Shown here piece after piece: positions 9,772-20,057 of a stretch of 64,000 nt of DNA (its first letter is position 1; the number at the start of each line of letters is the position of its first letter). The position numbers and the translations under genes are program-made. The DNA lies in contig OY969926.1 of assembly GCA_963704645.1 (NCBI GenBank), forward strand, positions 928,001-992,000, in the 5' to 3' direction. Source of the stretch: an uncultured bacterium. GTDB lineage: Bacteria; Patescibacteriota; JACMRA01. The notes under the pieces are model-generated. The model was not told the DNA's origin, did not search any database, and was given only the letters and a program-made list of their open reading frames with translations.

Positions 9772-11559
9772 TTACCCGCCAACTTTCTTTTTATCAACTT
9801 CTGTAACTTTCATAGAAATTGCTGTTCCTTGGAAGTTAAACTGCTTTCTAACTACATTTTCTAGAAATCTAACGTAAGACCAATGAACTGTGGTTTTGTC
9901 TTTAATTAGAAGCTCGAAGGTTGGTGGTTTAGATTTGGAATATATTAAATCGTAAATAACGGCACGTTTTTTGTTAGCCACCTTGTTTGGCGGTTTTTTC
10001 TTCATTAAATAGTTGAACAGCTTTCTTAATTCGGCTTTATCAATTTGTTTTTCACGGTTAGCCAAAGATTCATCAATTTTTTCCCATATTTTATACAAAT
10101 TGGTCTTATTTATAGCCGAAACCCAAACGAAATCGTCTAGTTTTAAGAACACGAATTTATGCAAAAATGCTTTAATGAAGGCTTGCTTTTGCTCTTCATC
10201 AATTAAATCTGATTTGTTAGCAATAACTACCATCCCCTTTTTAGCTTGTTTACAAATTCCTGCCACAACCTGATCTTGATGAGAAATTGGTACAGAAGCA
10301 TCTACCACCAAACAAATTACGTCTGCCTGGTAAGCACTTTCCACGGTTCTAAAAGTGGCAAAAGTTTCAGCTCCAGTAGTCCGCTGCCCTGGCTTTCTAA
10401 TTCCAGTTGAATCTAGCAAAATGTATTCTTTATCAATCCATTCATATTCTGGTTTTGACTCTGCCTTTTGTGGAACTTTTTCTGAAATTTCTTTTTTAGC
10501 TAAAACTTTTTTAGGAAGATTAACTTCGCTTAGCTCTTCATCATCATCAGAATAAACTTCTTCGACCACTTCCTCATTATCTTCATATAATTCAGCTGCT
10601 TCATTAATTTCAGCAATATCTTCCAACATTTCTTCCGCTTCGAAACTGTCTAAATCTAATTCATCTAAATTAGCAGCTTCTTCTACTTTCTTTAAAACCT
10701 TAACTTTTCTGGTAAGTAATGTGTCGTTTACGCTTAAAGTTGTTCCTGGAATATCTGTAACAATTTGAATTTCACTTCCAATCATAGCATTGAACAAAGA
10801 GCTTTTTCCAACATTTGGTTTACCCAACAACAAAATTTTTGGCTTTTGTGGTTCTTTGTCTTGCTCATCAGCGCTATCTGGATCTATTCCTTCATCTTCC
10901 AAGACTACTTCGTACAAACCAGGACCGTCTTCGTTGTTTTCTCTGGTAACATAATAAGATCCATCATTCAGCATTTTTACAATGCCGGCTTTTTCACGCT
11001 TTTTCTTTTTGTGATCTAAAATTTTAAATGGTTCTTCCGGGCTTTTTTCGTAACCCATGGCCAAACATTTTTCCACCAAAGCATCAAGCAAATCGTTAAT
11101 TCCATAACTGTTGGTAGCACTAACGTTTACAAAAGCAAAGCCACCTAATCTGGCGTAATCGGCCACACTTTTTTCTAAATTAGGGTCGTCTACTTTGTTA
11201 ACTGCTACCATGAACGGCTTTCCCACTTTCCACAGTTTTTGTAACAATTTCTGAGGAATATTTTCCGGGTTCTGCCTTCTATCTATTACCCAAACCAAAA
11301 TGTCGGCTTCGGCTAAAGCCCCAAAAGATTTTATCTGAATTTCTTTCTGAATTTTATCTTCAGGGTCTGGAACTAAACCACCTGTGTCCACAAATTGCAT
11401 GTACATGTTGTCCCACTCGGTTTCTGACCAGTTTAAATCTCGGGTTGTATGCTCTTCTTTAGCTGTAATGGCTTTCTTGGTTCCACAAACACGGTTTAAC
11501 AAAGTACTTTTACCAGAATTTGGTAGCCCAAAAAAGGCTATAGTTGGTATTGCTTTCAT
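9772..11559 (-). CDS. der: Ribosome biogenesis GTPase Der/EngA with large acidic insertion
   Basis: Two G domains (GLPNSGKST/DTGG/NKVD and GKPNVGKSS/DSTG/NKSD) plus KH-like C-terminus (PPTF...SYVRFLEN). Start moved to ATG 11559 because the track's TTG start is the TTGACA -35 box. Confidence 0.93.
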   Translation of the reverse strand: MKAIPTIAFFGLPNSGKSTLLNRVCGTKKAITAKEEHTTRDLNWSETEWDNMYMQFVDTGGLVPDPEDKIQKEIQIKSFGALAEADILVWVIDRRQNPENIPQKLLQKLWKVGKPFMVAVNKVDDPNLEKSVADYARLGGFAFVNVSATNSYGINDLLDALVEKCLAMGYEKSPEEPFKILDHKKKKREKAGIVKMLNDGSYYVTRENNEDGPGLYEVVLEDEGIDPDSADEQDKEPQKPKILLLGKPNVGKSSLFNAMIGSEIQIVTDIPGTTLSVNDTLLTRKVKVLKKVEEAANLDELDLDSFEAEEMLEDIAEINEAAELYEDNEEVVEEVYSDDDEELSEVNLPKKVLAKKEISEKVPQKAESKPEYEWIDKEYILLDSTGIRKPGQRTTGAETFATFRTVESAYQADVICLVVDASVPISHQDQVVAGICKQAKKGMVVIANKSDLIDEEQKQAFIKAFLHKFVFLKLDDFVWVSAINKTNLYKIWEKIDESLANREKQIDKAELRKLFNYLMKKKPPNKVANKKRAVIYDLIYSKSKPPTFELLIKDKTTVHWSYVRFLENVVRKQFNFQGTAISMKVTEVDKKKVGG

Positions 11560-11674
11560 GTTTACAATCAAATCTGTATGTTTAGGCTTTGTCAAAACAA
11601 CTTACTTAAACAACAATCTTGCCAGTTTTCCCCCAACAAAAAAGAGTAATGGCATAACCAAAACTCTTCTAAGT

Positions 11675-12103
11675 TTATGTGGAGGTTTTTTTCTGAAAAA
11701 AGGGCAATGCAAAATATACAAACATTCCGAACAAATTTACTCCAAAAACTGGAATTCCAAAGCTCCAATTTTGTCCAAGGAAGTAACCAATGTTGCATGC
11801 TATTATATATAGCATTGGGTAAGAAAAATAGGGATGTTCGTTACCATCGTTTATAAACACAATCGCCAATACAGCTAGAGCAATTAGTATTGCTATGTGC
11901 ATAACATTTAAATACCAACCATTTCTACCAAGGAAGTTCATGGTTAGAAAGAACAGTCCATTTGAGAGGCAATAACTTACAAGATAAATTCCAAAGTTAT
12001 CGGAAAATTTTTCATCATACAAAGCACGTACCGTAAGAAAACAACAGACAATCTGTGAAATAAACAAGCATAAAGCTGCAACCATTGCCAAATCTTCAAG
12101 CAT
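11675..12103 (-). CDS. Hypothetical multi-TM protein (ORFan cassette)
   Basis: 142 aa, hydrophobic; TTGACT at 12167-12162; downstream hairpin AAGAGT...ACTCTT plus T tract. Confidence 0.6.
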   Translation of the reverse strand: MLEDLAMVAALCLFISQIVCCFLTVRALYDEKFSDNFGIYLVSYCLSNGLFFLTMNFLGRNGWYLNVMHIAILIALAVLAIVFINDGNEHPYFSYPMLYIIACNIGYFLGQNWSFGIPVFGVNLFGMFVYFALPFFQKKTST

Positions 12104-12250
12104 AATTTAATTTTGCCAATAATACTAACTACCATTTATAAATAGCACATAAATCACCAAAAGTCAAAGTTTGAAAGGTTTAGATTTAACTTGACAAATA
12201 GCTATTTTTACGGCTATTAAAAGTAAGTTGTTGTTGTTTTAATCAAATTT

Positions 12251-12682
12251 ATGGGTGGGAATTTTGATTTAGCTATTTTTTTTAAATTAGACAAACTTCC
12301 ATGTGATTTAATTGCGACTCTGGAATTGAATAGGATTAAAATTTATTTACCAGTTACTTGTGTTGCTCATCAAGCTAATCCCTTGTGTTTCATGGTGATA
12401 TCTGTAAATGAAAGAATTATCTTAGAAATTGGTCACTATTTAAAATTTTTAGGCTTTGATGTCTTCACAACTTATGTTTATGACGATGATCTGCAGGTTA
12501 AGATGTCCGTAGTTCAAGGATCATACATTTACAGCTCATCATACAATATGTTGGATATTGTATCTGATTTATACTGTAAAGAAACAATGGAGGAAATATT
12601 TAAATTTCTTTCTATTGGAACTTCTAACAATGAAATGAGTCATTTTGTAGACTTTGTTCATAAATGGATGGCCTTAGAATAA
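12251..12682 (+). CDS. Hypothetical protein (ORFan cassette)
   Basis: 143 aa; TTGACA at 12191; terminator CCGTCT-TTTT-AGACGG followed by a T-rich tract. Confidence 0.6.
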   Translation: MGGNFDLAIFFKLDKLPCDLIATLELNRIKIYLPVTCVAHQANPLCFMVISVNERIILEIGHYLKFLGFDVFTTYVYDDDLQVKMSVVQGSYIYSSSYNMLDIVSDLYCKETMEEIFKFLSIGTSNNEMSHFVDFVHKWMALE

Positions 12683-12822
12683 CCACAAACCCGTCTTTTT
12701 AGACGGACTTTCTTTTGTGAAAAATTAGGAGAATTGAGTTAACGTAAAACCTCTTCCCAAAATTTGACATTACAAGCCCTAACCACCAAGTTTAGTTGTT
12801 TAAAAAATTCAAACAGCACAAT

Positions 12823-14070
12823 ATGAAACAAAAGCTTGCTTTCACAGTTACAGGAATAATTATAATTGCCGCTTCTGCCATTCTGCTTATTAATAGTTAC
12901 GGAAATTTTAAGGATCAAACAAAGCAGGAAAATAATAATGCGTTAAAAGCAAACAGTGTTTTGGATACACCATCAACCAAAAACGAAGACTCAACATCAA
13001 CCCAAATTCCTAATAAGGCTGAGGTAAAAACCAAAATAGAATTAGTGGCCAAAAACTTGTTTGTGCCCTGGGCTATTACTTTTACAAGTCAAGATAGAAT
13101 GTTGTTTACAGAAAGAAACGGTAAAATTAGGGAAATTAAAAATAGCGTTTTAAACCCAAACCCGCTAAAAGTTTTTCAGAATATTTCTGCTTTGTCTGAA
13201 GAGGGTTTAATGGGAATTACAATAGACCCAAATTACCAAGAAAACAAGTTTATTTATACTGTTTATGCCTACCCTAAAGATAATGCTTACGCAGTTAAAG
13301 TTGTTCGTTTAAAAGATAATGAAACCAGCTTAGACGATGAAAAAGTTATTTTAGATAATATTCCAGGTTCAAGGTATCATGTTGGAGGAAGGCTAAAATT
13401 TGGTCCAGATAAAAAGCTGTATTTAACAACAGGCGAAAACACTAACCCCGAAACTACTCAAGATAAAAACACTTTAGCAGGTAAAATTTTAAGAATGAAC
13501 TCAGACGGAAGCGTTCCCGAAGATAACCCATTTCCTAATTCATTAATATATTCTTTTGGTCACCGAAACCCACAAGGCATAGATTGGCACCCAGTTTCTG
13601 GACTAATGGTTGAAACAGAACACGGTCCTTCTGGTTATGACGGCAGGCGTGGCGGAGACGAGGTAAATATTATTCAAAAGGGTAAAAACTATGGCTGGCC
13701 AACAATTTCTTACGAACAAAAACAAGACGGCTTATTAAGTCCAAATATTGTGTATTTCGACTCCATCGCTCCTGGTTCAGGCTCTTTTTATAATAGTTCA
13801 GCTATTCCTCAGTTTCAAAATAATTATTTTATTGGAGCTTTAAGAGGTGAAGCAATTTACCAAGTATTTTTTGACGAAGCTGGCCAGAAAATTTTAAAAA
13901 ACGAAAAACTAGAAGGAATTAACTTTGGTAGAATAAGAGAAGTAATTATCGGCCCAGACGGAGCTTTGTACTTTAGCACCAGCAATAAGGACGGCAATGG
14001 TAAGCCTGGAAGTGAGGATGATAGGATATATAGAATAATTGCGGACAATATCAAAGTGGAGAACCGATAG
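12823..14070 (+). CDS. PQQ-dependent sugar dehydrogenase (GSDH/YliI-like), N-terminally anchored
   Basis: VPWAITF, EEGLMGI, HVGGRLKFGPD, AGKILR, GHRNPQG, NYGWP, GRIR. Confidence 0.92.
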   Translation: MKQKLAFTVTGIIIIAASAILLINSYGNFKDQTKQENNNALKANSVLDTPSTKNEDSTSTQIPNKAEVKTKIELVAKNLFVPWAITFTSQDRMLFTERNGKIREIKNSVLNPNPLKVFQNISALSEEGLMGITIDPNYQENKFIYTVYAYPKDNAYAVKVVRLKDNETSLDDEKVILDNIPGSRYHVGGRLKFGPDKKLYLTTGENTNPETTQDKNTLAGKILRMNSDGSVPEDNPFPNSLIYSFGHRNPQGIDWHPVSGLMVETEHGPSGYDGRRGGDEVNIIQKGKNYGWPTISYEQKQDGLLSPNIVYFDSIAPGSGSFYNSSAIPQFQNNYFIGALRGEAIYQVFFDEAGQKILKNEKLEGINFGRIREVIIGPDGALYFSTSNKDGNGKPGSEDDRIYRIIADNIKVENR

Positions 14071-14256
14071 TATTTTACTGGCTTAAATAGAAGACCTATG
14101 AATGTTGAAAAATAGGCATTCATTAGTTTAGACCCTGATACAAGGGTGACAGCCTCGATTGCTGAGCTTTGTAGTGTAATATTCTTAGTATTGTGTTTCG
14201 TATGCTATCTCCCTCATTTGCCTAAAACAAATTAAAAATAGAAGATTAAAATAAAT

Positions 14257-15477
14257 ATGTTAAAGGCTTTAATTTTTGACTCTTACTTTGATAAACACAG
14301 GGGCGTAATTGCTTTTATTAGGCTATTTAATGGAACACTAAAGCCAGGAGATACAATTTATTTTTTACAAACCAGTACCAAGGTAAATGTATTGGAAGTT
14401 GGAATTTTCAAGCCAGATTTACAACCAATAGACGTTTTAAGTAGTGGTGAAGTTGGTTATGTGGTAACCGGTTTAAAAGAGCTGGAAAAAGTAAAAGTTG
14501 GTGACACCATAACCCACACAGATAACTTAAGCTTGGCATTACACGGTTATAAAGAAGTTGAGCCAAAGGTTTATTCTAGTATTTTTCCTACAGATGCTTC
14601 AGACTATCCTAAATTACGCGAAGCAATTGCTAAATTAAAACTAAGTGACGCTTCTTTGCAATATCAAACTGAAAACATTCCAGCCCTTGGCTTTGGCTTT
14701 AGATGTGGCTTTCTAGGCCTTTTACACATGGATATTGTACAAGAAAGACTTAGTCGGGAATTTGATTTGGATCTTGTTTTAACCACTCCGTCTGTTCAAT
14801 ACCAAATAGAGGAATTTAACGGAGAAACTTATACAATACACACACCTTCCTTGCTTCCAGACCCAAGTAAAATTAAAAATATTTACGAACCGTGGATTAA
14901 AATTGAAATTATTACCCCAGATATTTACATTGGTAAAATTATTGAATTAATTACTGGTAAACGTGGCAGTTACAGCTCTATTTCGCCATTAGCCCAAGAT
15001 CAAGTACAAATTACTGGCGAATTACCCCTGGCAGAAATGATTGTAGATTTTTACGATGAATTGAAATCATCCACCAAAGGTTTTGCCACTATGTCTTACG
15101 AAATTATTGGCTTTAAGGAAGGCGATTTAGTAAAAATTGATATTTTAGTAAACAAGAAAGTTGTTGATCCACTTTCGGTAATGACTCACCGTGCACAATC
15201 TGAAGAAAAAGGTAGAGAAATTTGTGAGAAATTAAAAGAGCTTATTCCTAGGCAGCAATTCGATATTGCCATTCAAGCTTCAATTGGAGCCAGAGTTATT
15301 GCCAGAGAAAGCATTAAACCATTCAGGAAAGATGTTACGGCCAAGCTGTACGGAGGTGACCCTAGTCGAAGAATGAAGCTTTTGGATAAACAAAAAGCAG
15401 GAAAAAAGAAGATGAAAATGGTAGGAAACGTAGAAATTCCTCAGTCTGCCTTCTTAAATGTTTTGAAAAAGAGTTAG
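14257..15477 (+). CDS. lepA: Elongation factor 4 (LepA), domains II to CTD only; G domain absent
   Basis: Begins LKALIFDSYFD (start of domain II); GFRCGFLGLLHMDIVQERL; RKDVTAKLYGGD...KQKAGKKKMK. In-frame stops lie directly upstream. Confidence 0.92.
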   Translation: MLKALIFDSYFDKHRGVIAFIRLFNGTLKPGDTIYFLQTSTKVNVLEVGIFKPDLQPIDVLSSGEVGYVVTGLKELEKVKVGDTITHTDNLSLALHGYKEVEPKVYSSIFPTDASDYPKLREAIAKLKLSDASLQYQTENIPALGFGFRCGFLGLLHMDIVQERLSREFDLDLVLTTPSVQYQIEEFNGETYTIHTPSLLPDPSKIKNIYEPWIKIEIITPDIYIGKIIELITGKRGSYSSISPLAQDQVQITGELPLAEMIVDFYDELKSSTKGFATMSYEIIGFKEGDLVKIDILVNKKVVDPLSVMTHRAQSEEKGREICEKLKELIPRQQFDIAIQASIGARVIARESIKPFRKDVTAKLYGGDPSRRMKLLDKQKAGKKKMKMVGNVEIPQSAFLNVLKKS

Positions 15478-15506
15478 AATGGATTTTTAACACCTAGACT
15501 TTAATT

Positions 15507-15905
15507 TTAAAGAACTGAAACTAAAATTTCAGGCGGATAAAATTTATCAAAAGAGGCTATTTTATAATTAAAGTGTTTAGCTTGAACTAAGCAGGCAATA
15601 TCAAAAAAGGATTGATTTTTATTTAAACTCTGTTTATAAAGCCTTATAACTTCTTTTTCAAAAACTGTATCGAAATCAAATTGTTCAGTAAATAGTTGTT
15701 CAAATAACTCTATGGCTTGAACTGCAAAGCTTTGCTCTAATTTTCTAGACAGCACTGTCATAAGCTCATATTTGGTAAGATTAGAATAAATAAAGTCACA
15801 GTCTGAGTGATCTAGTGCTAATTTTCTAGCCTTGGCATGATTGGAATCTTCGGCAATTAGTAAAGCTATAAAAAAATCTGCATCGCACAAAATTTTCTTA
15901 ATCAT
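15507..15905 (-). CDS. PIN-domain (VapC-like) toxin
   Basis: ILCDADFF...DSNH...YELMT...SFFDIACL...IASFD. Confidence 0.85.
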   Translation of the reverse strand: MIKKILCDADFFIALLIAEDSNHAKARKLALDHSDCDFIYSNLTKYELMTVLSRKLEQSFAVQAIELFEQLFTEQFDFDTVFEKEVIRLYKQSLNKNQSFFDIACLVQAKHFNYKIASFDKFYPPEILVSVL

Positions 15906-16158
15906 AAATGTCGTTGTGGCTGCTAGATAAATTTAGAACTGTTTTCGAACCTGTTTGAATGGGCTTGAAGGTTTGTATTTTGTTTTTAAAAACTTGTTTT
16001 TGGTTAGTGATTTCTATTTTCTGATCTCCTAAAGAAATGAGTACTTCCCCATTGTTTTTTAAATCTAGTTTATCTAAAAATGCCTTAGGCAAGGTAATTT
16101 GACCTTTGCTGGATATTTTAACCTGTTTAGATTTTATTGCCAAAGATTTTGTGTTCAT
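15898..16158 (-). CDS. AbrB/MazE/SpoVT-type antitoxin
   Basis: KISSKGQITLPKAF; overlaps the PIN gene by 8 nt. Confidence 0.88.
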   Translation of the reverse strand: MNTKSLAIKSKQVKISSKGQITLPKAFLDKLDLKNNGEVLISLGDQKIEITNQKQVFKNKIQTFKPIQTGSKTVLNLSSSHNDIYD

Positions 16159-16203
16159 ACTCTACATTTTATAAAAGTAAAGAATATATGTCAAGTAAAG
16201 AAT
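16159..16203 (-). promoter_or_regulatory. Leaderless-type promoter with putative TA operator repeats
   Basis: TTGACA-17-TAAAAT-7-ATG; AAGTAAAGAAT repeated at 16175 and 16193. Confidence 0.7.
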
Positions 16204-16205
16204 TA

Positions 16206-18044
16206 CTAGAAATAGCCTCGCCAAGAAATTATTGCCGCCTTAGTTACTTCCCCAAAATAACCAGTTGATCCACCTGCGTGATTAAACGTTCCTGCACTTT
16301 TCATACAATCTTGCAACTGGCGAACACGACTACTTGTTTCCCCAAAATTATAGGTTTGAGATTTTAAATCTGCACATGAAAACTGTGGTGTGGCAGAACC
16401 TTTGAACTTAGCAAAAGCCTCTGCTGTTACTGGGCCGAAATAGCCAGTATTGCTTGGCCAGTTGAACAAACCTACAGCCTTCAAACATTCTTGTAGTTTT
16501 ACAATTTCGCTGCCTGTTTGACCAATAGTATAACTTTTTTGTTTAAAATCATTACATGAACTTACTTCAGCATTAGCGGTGGTTTGGGCGGTGGAAGTGG
16601 TGGGCTGTGTGGAAGCGGAGCTTTGAGCTAACCAACTTTTTAATGCAGTTTGGGTTACTGGACCAAAATAGCCTGTATTAGAAGGGTAGCTAAATAAGCC
16701 AATAGCCCTCATACAACCTTGCAAAGTTTTTACTCTGTCACTTACTTCACCAAGAGTATAACTTTGAGTTTTTAAACTATCGCAGCTATTATTGTCTGCA
16801 GTGGTGGATGTATCTGATGTTTTTGTTCCACTTGGGGTTTGAGCTTGTTTTTTTGCAGCCGCAGTAATTTCTCCAAAATAGCCTGTATTACTTGGCCAAT
16901 TGAAAAGACCCATTGTTCTTAAACATTGTTGTAAACTTCTAATGTCTTCACTAACATCCCCTATATTGTAATTGGCATTAATTAAAGCAGAACATCTATC
17001 AGCGTTATCTTTAGAAGTAATTCCTAATTTCTTATCACGAATATAATTTTGCAATGCCTGATCAGTTACAACACCGTATAAACCGGTAATTTCCCTGGTC
17101 ATATAGTAACCTTCTTGCCTTAAATAAGTTTGAACAAGTTTAATGTTATCACTGCTTTGGCCAATAGAATAGCTTTTTGTTAACAAATCTTTAACCTGAT
17201 CATAAGAAACACTGGTAGCAGGAGCTGGAACAAGACCATCTTTATTCACCAGGTTTTTTGCGTCTAAATCTGCTCTAGGGTAAGTGCTGGAATCTACTCC
17301 CCAACCGTTAGATACAATAATAGCCCACAAATTATAGTTTCCCCAATAAACATGAGGTGTATACCTATAATTAGCAGCAGTTGCAGCATTGGTTAAAAAT
17401 ACATTATATTCGTCTAGGGTGGTAATTGTTTTATTTAGAATATATGGAGCCACCAATTGGTTACCTGATGAAGCTAAGTTGTAATTAAATTGTAACTGAT
17501 ACGCCGCCCAATTAACTTGATTTGCAAAGCCAAAATATTCTGTTGCGCATGCAGAAGTGTCTGGACAGCCATAGCCCATCGCTGTTTTTATTCTACTTTC
17601 AGGATCTCTACTTGTGTCGTAGCTGCTTAGAGACAATAAAGACTGCTCCTTTTCTAAGTAGGCTAAAATTAGACCAGGGTTTAAATTAGGAACTACTCCC
17701 CATTTGCTACTAGTTTGCCCTCTAGCTGAAGCAAAAATCCAGTAACTAGCACGCTTACCCTGTTCAGTATAGTTTTTTAAAGGGGAATTTACACTGTCTA
17801 AATAGCTTTGCACTTTAGCTTCCGTATCAAATACTCTAGTTGAGCTAAAGGTTTGGTCACTAACTATAAAATTTTTATCAAATTGTGGGGTGTTAGAATA
17901 GGCTCCTAAAACCGAATCTGGTGGGTTTACTATTTTTGCAATATCAACTTTAGCACTATAAAAATTAAATACAGCTAAGCTGGCTAACAATAAGTTAACA
18001 AGTATTAAACCAAAGGTTAATTTCAATATATTATTCCTAGCCAT
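16206..18044 (-). CDS. Membrane-anchored protein with putative cell-wall-active domain and five peptidoglycan-binding repeats
   Basis: N-terminal TM; NPGLILAYLEKEQSL...MGYGCPD...YTPH domain; five 'LQxxL/MxxxG...TGYFGxVT' repeats. Confidence 0.75.
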   Translation of the reverse strand: MARNNILKLTFGLILVNLLLASLAVFNFYSAKVDIAKIVNPPDSVLGAYSNTPQFDKNFIVSDQTFSSTRVFDTEAKVQSYLDSVNSPLKNYTEQGKRASYWIFASARGQTSSKWGVVPNLNPGLILAYLEKEQSLLSLSSYDTSRDPESRIKTAMGYGCPDTSACATEYFGFANQVNWAAYQLQFNYNLASSGNQLVAPYILNKTITTLDEYNVFLTNAATAANYRYTPHVYWGNYNLWAIIVSNGWGVDSSTYPRADLDAKNLVNKDGLVPAPATSVSYDQVKDLLTKSYSIGQSSDNIKLVQTYLRQEGYYMTREITGLYGVVTDQALQNYIRDKKLGITSKDNADRCSALINANYNIGDVSEDIRSLQQCLRTMGLFNWPSNTGYFGEITAAAKKQAQTPSGTKTSDTSTTADNNSCDSLKTQSYTLGEVSDRVKTLQGCMRAIGLFSYPSNTGYFGPVTQTALKSWLAQSSASTQPTTSTAQTTANAEVSSCNDFKQKSYTIGQTGSEIVKLQECLKAVGLFNWPSNTGYFGPVTAEAFAKFKGSATPQFSCADLKSQTYNFGETSSRVRQLQDCMKSAGTFNHAGGSTGYFGEVTKAAIISWRGYF

Positions 18045-18220
18045 TTTTGTTTTTGTTTTATTCCAGCACGATATTATAGCAATCTTAATTATTATAGCTA
18101 TTAAAACTATTTATGACAACACTAAGTTACCTTGCTTCGTAAATTATAAATTAGTCTGGCAAAATGACACATAAAGTCGCTCTTAGTATTTTCTAAAAGT
18201 ATAGGAAGAAACACTGCTAA

Positions 18221-19681
18221 CTAACTTTTATGCTTAAAGAAAAAGACAACCAAAGGGGTTTTAAACAATATCCATAAATCTTGCCAGAAGCTCCAGTTTT
18301 CCAAATAATAAACATCTAGTAAAACTTCTTCCTCAAAACTTAAATTACTTCTGCCGTTAACCTGGGCCATTCCAGTAATACCGGGCTTAATATTTAAAAC
18401 TTTTAAATGATGAGTTTTGTATTTCGCCACTTCCCTAGGCTGATGCGGACGAGGGCCAACTAAAGACATACTTCCCAAAAAAACGTTAATAAGCTGAGGT
18501 AATTCGTCTAAGCTATATTTTTCAATAAACTTTCCTACCTTAGTACTTCTTGGGTCATCTTTAATTTTGTACAAAATATCATCTCGCATGTTTTGCTTTT
18601 TAATTAGTTCTGCTTCAAATTGCAAGGCTTCTTTACTGCTTGGATTGCTTTCTGAAGTGTTAAACTGATTATAGTAACGCCTGAACTTCCACAGTTTGAA
18701 CACTCGCCCATCTGGACCAATTCTTTCGCTTAAATAGAAAACATTACCTTTAGATTCAATAATAATAGCCAAACTAATTATAATCCAAGCTGGGAAAGTA
18801 ATTATTATTAAAGCCAACGAGCCAAAAATATCGAACAGGCGTTTCCAAATTAACATCCATCCATCTAAATTAGTATGTTTAAGTTCAAGGAAAAAAGTTT
18901 TGTGAATTTCTTGAAACTTGGTACTATAAGCCCCATATTTTTCTAAACCAGACGGGTGAACCAAAAACACCACTTTGTGTAATTCAGCCAAGCTAGCCAG
19001 CCTGGTTTCTAAAGCACTGTTGTTAGAAAACAAATATATTTCAGAAACTTGCCCGTATTTAATTAGGTCGGAAACTGCCAAAAAACTATCTGCATCTAGT
19101 TCGGAATAATTGTATATTGTGCCAACTTCCTGCTTGCTAGCCAGCCATTTACCAATTTCAGGATCTTTTCCAATTAGAACAACTTTGGTTTTCCAAAAAC
19201 TTAGTTTGTACATTATTTGGTCCAAAGCCCACATAGCAAGCCTTGCCAAAACTACGCAGTAAAAAATTACAAACCCTCCTGTTCCCAAAATAAATCTGCT
19301 AATAGGAACACCTACCGGTAACACTTCCCTGTTATATTCGTTAAAGAAGAAATATGTAATAACAGCCAATAAAATAGAGAAAATACCTAAAAATAATTCA
19401 AAAAAAGTTAGCAGCCATTTTTGTTTTCTATTGACTTCGTATAACCCAAGAAGACTGTAAATAACTACAATAGTAACACCCAAAAACAAGCTGAAATAGA
19501 AATAATCTATTCTATCAATTTGTTTATTTTCCGAAAGTTGAAAACCCAATAATGTGTCATCGTTAAACCACCTGTATCTAATTAAATACACCAAACCGCA
19601 GCCAAAAACTATGCTAAAAAAATCTAGAATAGGTTGAAAGGCAGTCTTCCAAATTTTTCTTGTATTAGTATTGAACAACAT
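18221..19681 (-). CDS. Undecaprenyl-phosphate glycosylphosphotransferase (WcaJ/CpsE-like)
   Basis: KRLFDI, DDPRSTKVG, SLDELPQLINV...MSLVGPRP, KPGITGMAQVNGR. Confidence 0.93.
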   Translation of the reverse strand: MLFNTNTRKIWKTAFQPILDFFSIVFGCGLVYLIRYRWFNDDTLLGFQLSENKQIDRIDYFYFSLFLGVTIVVIYSLLGLYEVNRKQKWLLTFFELFLGIFSILLAVITYFFFNEYNREVLPVGVPISRFILGTGGFVIFYCVVLARLAMWALDQIMYKLSFWKTKVVLIGKDPEIGKWLASKQEVGTIYNYSELDADSFLAVSDLIKYGQVSEIYLFSNNSALETRLASLAELHKVVFLVHPSGLEKYGAYSTKFQEIHKTFFLELKHTNLDGWMLIWKRLFDIFGSLALIIITFPAWIIISLAIIIESKGNVFYLSERIGPDGRVFKLWKFRRYYNQFNTSESNPSSKEALQFEAELIKKQNMRDDILYKIKDDPRSTKVGKFIEKYSLDELPQLINVFLGSMSLVGPRPHQPREVAKYKTHHLKVLNIKPGITGMAQVNGRSNLSFEEEVLLDVYYLENWSFWQDLWILFKTPLVVFFFKHKS

Positions 19682-19685
19682 TTTA

Positions 19686-20057
19686 CTAAATCTTATTTTC
19701 TACAAAAACTAGCATAGAAGCCAAAAAATAATACATTCCCACAATTGAAATTACGAAGAAAAGAACGCTTAAAACCAAGCTAACCATGCCTTTATTTTGC
19801 ATCTGCTTAGGAAAAAACAGATTTAAAAACTTTTCCGCCAGCATTATGCAACCAGTGAATACGCCAAAAACAAGAACACCAAGAATTAAAGCCGAAACGT
19901 ATTCATTAATGCTTTTTACAAAGGTATTAATTTTAAGAAGATCTACTATCAAAATAAATACAAAACAAGATATGCTGAACAGTGAAGTAAAAACCCACAA
20001 GGCCGTTGATAGAACCAAAAAATTTATACTGCTAAGGCTCTTGCTTTCTTCTGACAT
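19686..20057 (-). CDS. Hypothetical 3-TM membrane protein
   Basis: Start at MSEESK is supported by TTGACA-17-TATTTT-7-ATG; adjoins the downstream transferase gene. Confidence 0.65.
   Translation of the reverse strand: MSEESKSLSSINFLVLSTALWVFTSLFSISCFVFILIVDLLKINTFVKSINEYVSALILGVLVFGVFTGCIMLAEKFLNLFFPKQMQNKGMVSLVLSVLFFVISIVGMYYFLASMLVFVENKI

Noticed and set aside
2270-10720. Inteins in the PcrA and Der insertions
   Set aside because: No N-terminal Cys/Ser block, no terminal His-Asn and no LAGLIDADG motifs; the inserts are low complexity.
3964-12710. Integron cassette array
   Set aside because: ORFans are dispersed on both strands, carry their own promoters and lack attC (RYYYAAC...GTTRRRY) structure; no intI in the window.
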